A stretch of DNA of 64,000 nucleotides, taken from the NCBI GenBank assembly GCA_004431415.1, contig QPMI01000163.1:62001-126000 (forward strand). Direction: 5' to 3'. This stretch comes from Cyanophora paradoxa CCMP329 (taxonomy: Eukaryota > Plantae > Glaucophyta). Below the pieces are notes generated by a model. The model had not been told where the DNA came from. It ran no database searches and was given only the letters and a program-made list of their open reading frames with translations. Position numbers and translations under genes: made by a program. This document shows, piece after piece, positions 25,801 through 36,310 of this stretch (position 1 is the first letter of the stretch; each line of letters begins with the position of its first letter).

Positions 25801-27346
25801 CGCCCCCCGGAAGCGGCCATGCAGGCCCTCCACCGCCGCCTCGTGCCTGCCCGTCGCCCCTCTGAGGCGCGCCGGCGGCACGGCGGGGCGGAGGGCGCGG
25901 GGAGCGGGGCGCACGTGCGGCGGGCCTCCTTGAGGCGCTCCTCGAGGCGGCGCTCGAGGGCGGCCTCCTGCTCCGCCGCCTCCCGCTTCACCGCCTCCAG
26001 CTGCCGCCGCGCCCCCGCCGCCTCTCGCCGGTAGTGCTCCACCTCCGCCTCCAGACTCTGCGCCCCCGCGCCCCCTTCACCCCGGCCCGCCCTCGGCTCC
26101 CCGCCACGGGGCGCGCGCGCGCCTTGACCACCGCGTCGTCTCGCGCGCTCTTCGCCGCAGCCGTCGCTGCCGCCGCCAGCGCGGCGGCCGGCGAGCGCTC
26201 GGGGTCGTCGGGCGGCTGCCCCGCGAGCCGGCGCGGCGCCCCGGCGAGGCCGGCGCGCCGCCCCGCGCCCGCAGCGGACTGCCCCTCAGCGACCCCGCCC
26301 GCAGCTCCGCGACCGTCGCCTGCAGCGAGGCGGCCTGCGGCGGGTCGGGGGCGGCGTGGCCGGCGGGCAGAGGGCGGGCCTGGGCGCGGGCGGCCTCGAG
26401 GTCGCGCTGGAGGGCCTCCCGCTCCCGCCGCGCCGCCTCCAGCTCCCGCCCGGCCGCCTCGAGCCGCTCCTGCAGCTCCGCGGCCGGGGGGCCGGCGGGG
26501 CCCAGCCCCAGCGGGTCCCCGAACTTGACGCCGGGGAGCCCCCGCTTCGGCTCCCGGGCCAGCTCCTCGCACTGCGCCTCTGCGCCCCCGGCGTCGCGCG
26601 GGAGCAGGGCGGCGGGGCCGGGGGGCGGGCGCACCGACGGAGGCCCACTCGGGGCTCTCGGGGCCGACGTCGGGGTCCGCCAGCAGCCCCGAGATGCGGT
26701 CGATCTCCTTCTGCAGCCGCTTCCTCCGGTCCGTGAGCGCCCGCCCCGCCGCGTCCAGCGTCGCGTGGCAGGCCCGCAGCCGCTCGTCCAGGCGCCGCTC
26801 GACCTTGCGCTCCTGCGCGAGCTTCTCCTCTCCTATCTGCTGCCTCTGCTCGTCGATCTCGCGCAGCTGGTCCACGGCGTCCTCCTGCAGCGCCCGCAGC
26901 GCCAGGATCTTCTGCTGCAGCGCCAGCGCCCGGCGCCCGCCTGGCGCCGCGACGAGCGGCGCGGGCTGCCGCCGCGTCGTCAGCTGTGAGTTCTGAAGAC
27001 TCTCTACTCTTTGAACGAGCGCACCGCGGGGTCGGCGTCCGCGAAGGAGACCCGCCGCGCGCTCGTTGCCGGCTGCGACACGAAGCTTGGTCGCCGCCCC
27101 TCGCCGGTGCCAGCGTCCAGGCCCGCATCCTCATCGGCATGCCTGGACGAGAAGGAGGACACGAGAGGCTTCCCGCCAGGAAGCAGGCGCGTTCGGGGCG
27201 GCGTCCTGCGCCCGCGTTCGGCGTCGGCTAGGCAGCGCTGGCACAGGACGACAGACGGGCGCGAACCGCTTCCTGCCGACGCGAATGCGCGCCTCCAGCT
27301 CGTCGTACAGGCTACTCAGAGCCGCCGCTGGATCGCGCGCCGCCAT
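22857..27346 (-). CDS. Large coiled-coil protein with a C-terminal Cys/His-rich module
   Basis: Many E/R/A/L heptad exons (e.g. DQLREIDEQRQQIGEEKLAQERKVERRLDERL). Module CQRCG..CTFHP..W.ACR..GC..HHY at 23880-24140. Confidence 0.6.
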
Positions 27347-27548
27347 TCAAAACTCCGGCGGTCGGCACTAGCGCATCTTCGTCCCACGATCAAACATGGC
27401 CTAGACGACCTCGTGCGCCGGCCAGGCAAGGTCGAAATTTGAACGCCGCAGCTGCCCTGAGCAGAGCCTCTACCCCCCTCGAGCAGGCTTCTCTGAGGCT
27501 TGCTAGGGTTTGGCGACAACCGCCGCCCCTGTGGGCGAGAAAAGAAGC

Positions 27549-29456
27549 ATGGGCAAGGACAAAGGCGCGAAAGCGCCCGAAGCCGGGAGCAACCTCGAGG
27601 TAGAGCTCGCGCACGGGCCGACAAAGTATAGCCTCTTCGGGACCGCCGGCCCTCTCGTCGTCTTTGTGCACGGTGCGATGTGTGAGTCGTTTTGGTGGGT
27701 CTATAGCACCCGCGCGCACTCGGCCGGGCGAGAAATCGCGGTCGCGCAAACGGATCGCTTCCCTTGACTTGCGCCAAACCGCTCTTCGGCACCGGTCTAG
27801 CGTCCCGTTGATCTGGCCTTCCTTGCGCGCCTCATAGCTACAGTCCCCGCCGCGTCCGGCCCGAGCAGCGGCCATTGCCTGCTGCGCTCGCGGTTCGCTG
27901 CTGAGACGGCCTGCAGGGTTTGGCGTGTTCAGCTGGGTTTACTTCGCGCTGGCGAGGCTGTTGGCGAAGATGGGCTACCGTGTGCTGACTTTCGATCTCT
28001 ACGGCTGGGGCGGCTCGGCGAGCCCCAAGATGCAGTACGGGCTGGACCTCTACCTGGAGCAGATCCGAGAGCTGGTCCCGGCAGTCTTCGGCGAGCGAGA
28101 ACCTTTCGTCCTGGTCGGGCACAGCATGGGTCCGCCCCGCGCCGCTCGGCGGCCGCCTTGCGCGAGGCCTGAGGCGCGCCTGCAGGCGGCTGGCTGGCGG
28201 CGCACTACCAGGCGCGGTACCCGAAGGACGTGGCGGCGCTCGTCCTCGTCGCCCCCGCCGGCCTCCCTGTGACCACCCCCTTCTTCAACGGCCACTACTC
28301 CGCCCTCATCCAGGCCGCCTACCGGTCCGGCCCCTTCCGCCCCGCCCAGCGGCCCGGGGCTCACGCGGGCGGGCGGGGGCAGGCTGTGCAGCGTGGGGCT
28401 GCTGCAGCCGCTGATCTCGGCGGTGCTGCGGCTCTTCGTGTACGTGCTGCGGCTCGCCAAGGGGCCCCCGATGCCCGTGGAGACGCTGTGCGCGGCGACG
28501 GCGCTGCTGGAGCCCTTCCGGCGGAGCGCGGGGGAGCAGTACTCGAAGATGATGGCGCTCTCGCTGGAGTCGTGGCGGCTGCAGGCCTCGCGGGCGGGGG
28601 CGCCGGCCCTCTCCCCCGCCGTCCGCTCCGTCCTCCTCAACGTCCCCTTCTTCAGCGACCGCCGCCTCCCCGCCCTCCTGGAGGGCATCGGGCGCGCCGG
28701 CGACCCGCCCGTGCTCCTCGTGTGGGGCAAGCGCGACTCGTTCGTGCCCTTCGCCAACGCCGGCGAGGCGCTGCGGCTGATGGGCCCCCGCCGCGTGCGC
28801 TTCCTCGCCTTCTGCGATGCCGACCACTTCCCCTTCTGGGACGCCCCGCGCCCCGTCGCCCGCGCCATCGCCGCCCTCGCCTCCGACGCCGGCCTCCGCC
28901 CCGCCGCCCCCGCCCTCGCCCGCCCCGTCTCCTGCCCCTGCCTCTGCCCCCGCGACCCCCGCGCCGAGGGCCCCGCGGCCCCGCCCCGCGAGCCCGGCGC
29001 CCTCCCGAGGCCCGACGCCGAGGGGACGCCCGCGAGGCCCGACGCGGAGGGGCGCCAGCGGTGCGGGAGGAGGCCCGCGCGCCTCCCTCGCCCCGGCCCC
29101 TCCCCGCCAGCCCCGCCCGCCGGCGGCCGCGGAGGCGCGGGGCGCTGCGGCGAAGGAGCCGGCGGGCAGCGGAGAGGCGGAGCTGGAGGCGCTGCTGGCG
29201 GGCCCCCGGGGAGGAGGCCGGCCCCGCGGAGGCCGAGGCGGCGCCGGCGTGCGGGCCGTACGGCGGCTGCCCCAACGCGCTCGCCGAGCTGGACCTGGCG
29301 AGCGTGGAAGGGTACGGGCGCCTCTCGCAGCCGAGCGCGCTGGCCGGCCTCGTCGCCCGCGCCGCCCCGGCCCTCGCCGTCGCCGCCGGCGCCGCCGTCC
29401 TCTACAGGCGCCGCCGCCAGCTCGCCCGCGCCCTCTCCCTCCTCGGCTTCTCGTAG
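27549..29456 (+). CDS. Alpha/beta-fold hydrolase with a possible C-terminal membrane anchor
   Basis: PLVVFVHG|F, YRVLTFDLYGWGGS, nucleophile elbow LVGHSMG|G, VLLVWGKRDSFVP (acid), ADHFPF (His). Confidence 0.9.
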
Positions 29457-29928
29457 CCCGCCCCCCGCCGCGTCCCCCGGCCCGCCCCCCCGGCCCCGAC
29501 CGATGCTCAACCGGGCATCTACCCGCGCAGTGCCGCCCTTGGCGGCGCCCCCGCGAGCGCGCGCCTCTGCTGTGCGAGGGGCTTCCTCCGAAGGCCTTCA
29601 CTGTGCCTCGATGTGAATGAATACGGATTTTGATACAGCCAAAGTAGCCTCTGAGAGTACTAGTGGGGTTGAAGATTTGTACAGGCCTAGGAAGAATCGG
29701 ATGGGAGTCGACGACTGAAGTTCGATTCGCCGGGCGCCGGCCGCGGCCGGTTCACGTTGCTTCTTGAGGTCTCCGTGTTCCATGTCGGGGAGCCGGGCCG
29801 AAGACTGGACCGCACAATGACCGCTGAGCGGTGTACTGGACCGGATGGCCAGACCTAGCTATGGATGGCCCAGTGGGCGGCGGGGCTGAAGTTCCGCAAG
29901 TAGAATTCCGCCCGCCGGCGCCGGCCGG

Positions 29929-30625
29929 TCAGTCGCTGGCGCCGTGGGCGAGGACGTAGTCGATCTCGAACATGTCGTAGCGGGCCTCGCGCATGCCGAG
30001 GCGCTCGTAGACGCCCTTTGCCACCGCGTTGCCGCGCTCCGTGTAGAGGCGCAGGCCGGCGACCCCGGGGTCGTGCCGCGCCTCCCGCTCCACGTGCTCG
30101 AAGAGGGCACGGAAGACACCCTTCCTCCTGTACTCGGGAAGCACGTACACGCTCTGGATCCAGTGGAAGGCCGCGGCACGCCAGTCCGACCATTCGAACG
30201 TCTGCGCGCGCGTGAATGTTGGCGGGGCCACGGCTGGGACGACCGCGGCCGTCAGATAGCTCACGATCATCAGCTGCCCCACAATGTGCTCCGAGTGACT
30301 GGGAGCGGTCGCAGTGGCAACGATGTAGAAGCCGCGCTCTGGTCGCTGCGCAGTACGATCTGAGTTGCAGCGGCTAGATTTAGACGATTTAGATGATTTC
30401 TGACCTGGAAAAGCCCTTCGACACCGCGACGGAGCAACTCTTCGTTCAGATCATGGCCCTGCACATGCGTGCGGCCGCGGGGATCAGTGTGAAACACAAG
30501 CGGTCCAAGCGATCCATGCGTGCGGTCACCTCGGTTTCTCTACACATGGCCTGGTTAAACTTAACGATGATCGATACGTCGTCCAGCCGTGCAGGGCGCA
30601 CATTTACGTTCAGTCCGTCCGGCAT
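29929..30625 (-). CDS. GNAT-family N-acetyltransferase
   Basis: MPDGLNVNVRPARLDD..FNQAMCRETE|GHDLNEELLRRGV..|RPERGFYIVA..GQLMI|TFEWSDWR..WIQSVYVLPEYRRKGVFRAL..LRLY..N..AKGVYERLGM. Contains the acetyl-CoA motif R-R-K-G. Three introns. Confidence 0.9.
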
Positions 30626-30924
30626 TTGCTAGAAGTCGCCGGCGCGTCCAGCAATGCAAAAGTCCGCGCTGGCGCTATGCTGGCTATGCTGGCGCCTAGC
30701 TATAGGCCGCGCCAACAAAAATCGAGGGGGTACACAACGTCGGCATTGCCGCGCAGCCGGAACACTCGCGGCGGTGGGCTGCGCAGTTGAGTATGGTGCG
30801 CCGCAACTGCATCACCGCAAACGCATCGCCGCCGTCTCGCCGGCGAAACCTGCCTCAACCCGTGCTTGCAGGAACACGTTCAGGCCGTCCTCGCGGCGGC
30901 GGAATCGCATTATCATTCTCTCAA

Positions 30925-33612
30925 ATGGTCGGCGCACACCTGTCGGCTCCGCTCGTCGAAGCGTTCGTTTACGCAAGCGGTGCTCTCGCAGGACGCTGAA
31001 TTCGGCGCTCCCTCCGGAGGCGCGCGCCTTCATCGGACCGCACGAATGGGTCGTGCCGCTCGTGGCGCTCGTCCTCGTCGTGCTCCTCCTCCGCTTCCTC
31101 TTCGGGTCGAAAGAACTACCGGTGCCGCGTGTGACGAAGCCGCCGCGTGCGTCGACCCGCCACGATGGCCTTGGCGCTCGGCTAACCGCGTGGCTCGCAG
31201 CTGAGCTGCTCCCGAAGCTTGCCGCGCCCGGCGAGGCCGAGAAGGACAAGGTGCATGGGTCGAGCGCGCGCGCTTCCTGCGGTCAACGCCGACCCGCGTG
31301 CAGTTCTACACGCGGGAGCAGATCGATGCCATTGTGAAGCGCGTTCGCAGCCCGGTTCGTGTGCTGCGAGAAGCAGCCGCCAAGTTCCTTTCCGACTCTC
31401 TTCGCTCCTTCCCACGCAGAACCCGCCCCGGGAGATCGAGTGCTTCGACCCTTCGACGTACCAGAAGCTCGGCACTGTCACGGCGATGACGCCGGACGAG
31501 GTGGCGGAGAAGATCAAGCTCGCCCGGAAGGCGCAGGCGACGTGGAAGAAGACCTCGTTCAAGGAGCGGCGGCGCGTGCTGCGCATGCTCATGGCGTACA
31601 TCATCGAGCACCAGCAGACCATCTGCGAGGCCTCCTGCCGCGACTCCGGCAAGAGCAGTGCGCCCCGCCTGCTGCCGCCTCCGCCGCCGCCCCTCCCCTT
31701 TCTGACCGCCCCGCAGTGGTCGACGCCTACCTCGGCGAGGCGTGCCCCGCATGCGAGCCCCGGTCTTTGCAGGGCTGACCACCGGCGCAGATCCTGACGA
31801 CGTGCGAGAAGATCCGGCACCTGTGCGACTACGGCGAGGGGTACCTCAAGGACGAGTACCGCCCCTCGGGCCTCCTCCCCGTCAAGCTCTGCAAGGTCGA
31901 GTACCACCCCATCGGGTCCGCCCCGCCCCGCCCCGCCCCGCTCTCGGCCGCCCCCGGCCGGTCCGAGCGGCCCGGCAGCGTGGTGGGCCTGATCGAGCCC
32001 TGGAACTACCCCTTCCACAACATCTACGGCCAGGTCCGCCCGCCCGCCGGCCGCCGGGGCGCAGCTCGGGGCGGGCGGCGAGCGGGGCCGGGGCGGGGCA
32101 GGTGGTGGCGGCGATCTACGCGGGCAACGGGGCGGTGGTGAAGGTGTCGGAGTGGACGTCGTGGTCGGGCCCGTACTACATCGCGTTCGCGCGGAACGCG
32201 CTGGAGGCGGCGGGGCACGACCCCGACCTGGTCCAGCTCGTCACCGGGTACGGCGACGCCGGCCAGGCCGTCGTCCAGCGCGGCTCCGACAAGGCCCGCC
32301 GCCCCCCGCCCGCCCCGCCCCGCCCCCCTCCCGCCCCGCTCAGCGGGCCGCCGCCTGCGCAGATCGTGTTCACGGGCTCGCCGGGCGTGGGGCGGCGCGT
32401 GATGGAGGCGGCGAGCAAGACCCTCACCCCCGTCGTCCTCGAGCTCGGCGGCAAGGTCCGCCGCCCCGCTCCCCCGACCCCCAGCAGAGCCCGTGATGAG
32501 CACCAAGTGGGGCCTGTGCTAATTCGAGGACCGGCAAAGGCCGGCCCGTGACATGAAACCACTGTTTGGCGCCGCCCGCAAGCGGCGCCTGAGGCTAGAC
32601 CGACCCCCTCCCGCCCCCTCCCCGCCGCGGCCTGGGCCGGCCTCTGAGCGGGGCGGGGGGCGGGGCAGGACCCGATGATCGTGTGCGAGGACGCGGACCT
32701 GGACGCGGCGATCCGGGCGTGCGTGCGCGGGTGCTTCACGAACTGCGGGCAGAACTGCATCAACATCGAGCGCGTCTACGTGCACGAGGCCGTGCACGAC
32801 CGCTTCGTGCAGGGCGTCCTCGCCTACATCAAGAACATCCGCCAGGGCGCCCCGCTCCTCGGCGACTTCGACCTCGGCGCCATGACCATGCCCGGCCAGG
32901 CCCGCCCCGCCCCGCTGCCCGCCCCGCCCCGCCCCGCCCCTGCCGCCCCCGCCCTGACGCCCCCTCGGGGGCGCAGATCGAGCTCATCGAGGAGCTGGTG
33001 AAGGACGCGGTGGCGCGGGGCGCGAAGCTGCTCTCCGGCGGCAAGCGCAGAGTGCACGAGCACTTCGCGGGGCAGTTCTTCGAGCCGACCCTCCTCACCG
33101 AGATCACCCACGAGATGCGCATCGTGAACGAGGAGGCGTTCGGGCCCGTCATGCTCATCTCCAAGTTCTCGTCCGACGACGAGGTCATCCGCCGCGCCAA
33201 CGCGACGGAGTACGGCCTCGGCTCCACCGTCTACTCGTGCGACTACGGGCGCGCGAACCGCATCGCCGAGCAGCTCGTCGCCGGGATGACCGTCATCAAC
33301 GACTACGGGGTGAACTACCTGACGCAGGCGCTGCCCTTCGGGGGCGTCAAGATCTCGGGCTTTGGCAAGTTCAACGGGCCCGAGGGCCTCCGCGGCGTCT
33401 GCTACCAGAAGGCCGTCGTCACCGACCGCTGCCGCCTCATCCGCACCAAGATCCCCGACGCCCTCCTCTTCCCCATGCCCTCGGGCGCCCCGGCGATGCT
33501 CAACGCCGCCGTCAAGCTCGTCTACCGCGGCGGCCTCCTCAACCGCCTCTCCAACCTCGCCTCCTTCGCCAAGCGCGCCCTCTCCCTCAAGACCCCCAAG
33601 AAGGTCGCGTGA
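30925..33612 (+). CDS. ALDH22A1: Aldehyde dehydrogenase family 22 (ALDH22A1/MSC7-like) with N-terminal membrane anchor
   Basis: TM segment WVVPLVALVLVVLLLRFLF, IECFDPST, YLGE|ILTTCEKI, PWNYPFHN, KVSEW, FTGS, LELGGK|D, catalytic NCGQNC, EEAFGP, LPFGGVKISGFGKFNGPEGLR. Confidence 0.88.
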
Positions 33613-33939
33613 GCCCAGCTCCCCAGCAGCCCGCTGGCGGTAGGATACGTATCCCATGTACCGAGATCACTGTGCATTCGGCATTCGAACCACTCGAGAG
33701 CCGTGGCGGGATTTAATCGAGCGATCAGCTCAAGAGGGAGGGGACGAGACCTGGGAGGAGGGCTGCAGCATGTGAAGAATGTTGACACGCCGCCGGGAAG
33801 AAAAGCCTTGAAGCGCGCGGCTTGAGTTGGTTGCAATTGCGGCGAGAATTTGATCCAGCCGTCAGGCCGGGCCGGGGGGGCGTACGTGGATGAGACAGAA
33901 CTGCCCGGTCGACGCCCGCGGCGTCCGAAGCTCCCAGCG

Positions 33940-34240
33940 ATGCACGCGGGTTTTGTATGGGCCGCGCTGGTGTGCGTCGTCGCGTGCCTCGCATACTGGA
34001 AGCGCAACGAGCTCGAGGTCACTGCGGCCCGCGTCTACGGTACGGCCCGCGCGCCTCGTAAGCGTGTGGCCGCCTTGAAGACGATCCCTCGCAGTAAATC
34101 CCCTTGCTCGGCTGCGGCGGAGGCAGCTCGACCTGCCGCTGTACGCGTCGGATGCACACGCGGCCGACGATGAGGCGATCCGCGCGGCGCGACTCCGGCA
34201 GCAGCTGGATGTGCAGCTTGCCGCGAGGAAGGCGACGTGA
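33940..34240 (+). CDS. Small single-pass membrane protein; 3' end uncertain
   Basis: MHAGFVWAALVCVVACLAYWKR..RVY|VNPLARLRRR..DEAIRAARLRQQLDVQLAARKAT*, intron 34040-34094. Confidence 0.45.
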
Positions 34241-34481
34241 GCGGCCCAATTGCAAGGCCGCAACCTGGCTTTGAAGAAAGTCATCGCCGCTGGACGCCGC
34301 GCGCGACCGGCCAATTACGCCGGCGGGCATCGAAGGTCAGGGAGAGGAGACCGGCCGGGCGATGGTTTTTGCGCGTACGGTGCCCCGCTTCCCCGCCTCG
34401 CCCACAGCGCGTGCTCGGCCTGATCATGGTTTCGGTACACGCACAGCTGCAGGTCGACCGCACGGTGCAGGCCCGGCCGGG

Positions 34482-36130
34482 CTACGTGGCGGGCAGCTCG
34501 GCGCGGAAGCGGGCGGCAAGGCGGGCGCGGTCGGGGTCGGGGAGGAAGGCGTACTCGACGGAGCGGGCGGCGAGGGCGGCGAGCGCCGCCGGCGGCGTCC
34601 CGCAGGCGGCCCCCAGCAGCGCGTACTCCCGCGAGAGGCTCGTTCTGAACACGCCCTTGTCGTCCGTCTGCGCCCGGCTGGTTCGCTGGCCTGCAGGGGG
34701 CCGGGCGGGAGGGGGCGGACGCAGATGGCAAGCGGGTAGCCCTCGGCGTGGAAGGAGGCGAAGTGGTGGTCCGCGTACGAGGGGACGCTGAGGGGGGCGC
34801 GGCGGAGCGCGGGGAGAGGGCCAGGCAGGGGCGGCTCAGTTGGAGGACGGAGCAGGCGCGTGCACGGAAAGGGGCGCACCTGCCGGTGAGGACGTTGCTG
34901 GTGGGGCAGACCTCCAGCGGCACGGGGCGCGCCCGCATCGCCGCCAGCAGCTCCGCGTCCTGGGCCGAGGAGCGTCGGCGGCGGCAGAGCAAAGCGTGGC
35001 AGGACGCGCGGGACGGGGCGGGGCGGACGAGGAAGTTGCCGTGGCCGAGTCGATCGGGGCCCCAGGCGAGCATGGCGAGGGCCTCGGCGGGGCGGTAGAC
35101 CTCCGCAAAGTGCAGTGTGCTCCGCAGGCCCCGCCGCCGCCCCTCCGACAGCGCCTCCGCGAACGACGCGAAGTCGCCCGCCTGCCGCGCCCAGTGCCCC
35201 GCGTTGGCGCCCGGCGCGCGGCGGGCGGGGGCGGGGCCGGGGCGGGGGCGCCTTGGGGTCGCCGCTGAGGTCGAGGCCGACGACGCCGCGGTCCCGGAAG
35301 CGGGCGGCCAGCGCCACCGTGTCCCCGCCTCCGCCCTGGCCCCCGCACGGGCCACGTTGGCGTGCGCGGGAGGCCGGCGCGCCGCGCGGGCTGGGGCGGG
35401 GCGCACGGCGGCTGCCTGCGGTCGATGCTGAGGATGAGGCGCGCCTCGCAGTCGACGCCGGCGCCCGCCGCGTCCGCAAAGCCGGCCAGCACCGCCTCCA
35501 CGTAGCTGCCGCGCGCGCGCCGGCGGGGCCGCGGTTGGCGGCGGGCGAGCCGGGGCCCAGGGAGCGCGGGTGCGCCGGCCCACCTCTCCTTCGTCATGCG
35601 GGTCTCCGCGTTGGCGCGGGGGGTCGTGCGGATCTCAGCGTATCGCACGCCGTCCGCCGCGAAGTCCTCCACGACCTGCGCGGACGCTGAGCATGGCTTA
35701 GCTGCGCTTGGCATCACTTAGCTTGGCTCTAGAGAGCGCTCTCCGGCCCCCGGGCCCCGCGCGCGCTGAACGAGTCGCGGGACTGCAGCGTTCGGACCTC
35801 GCGCGCAACTCGCCGAATCGCCCGCTCGTTGTTCGTTAGCTTCTGAATGAGCGCGAAGAGACTCCAGACTCTGTCCCAGCTGCGTGTGAGCCAGCAATCA
35901 GAAACACCGACCTACGGGTGCGGGCTCGCGCACTTGGACAGAGCCCTGTCTCCCCCTAGGATGTCGTCAGCCTGTGCTGGCCCGCCGTACGCCTCGCAGC
36001 AGAGCGCCCGGACCGTCTCGTCGCGCAGCGAGCCGTTCAGGTGAGCGTGGAGCTCGGCCTTCGGCAGCCGCCGGCAGAACTCGTACAGCGGATCTAGGGT
36101 CGGCGCTGCTTCGGTCGCGCACTCTGCCAT
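34482..36130 (-). CDS. ADAL: Adenosine deaminase-like protein (N6-methyl-AMP deaminase family)
   Basis: LPKAELHAHLNGS, DGVRYAEIRTTPR, LILSIDRR, VVGLDLSGDP, TLHFAEV, PDRLGHG, LEVCPTSN, C|TDDKGVF. Confidence 0.92.
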
Positions 36131-36310
36131 CGCCGCCAGTTGCACGACAGCTCTGACTGCCCTACCCCCAGGCCTGATTCGTTGTACCCCCTTCTGAAGT
36201 TCTGTACCCCTCTAGCAATTTCTGTACCCCAGTCTGAGGCTATCTAACTTTACCATCCGCATGAAGAGCCGCCCCTTTCAGGCTTTGCGAGCTCGGGTTC
36301 GGGGGGCGGG

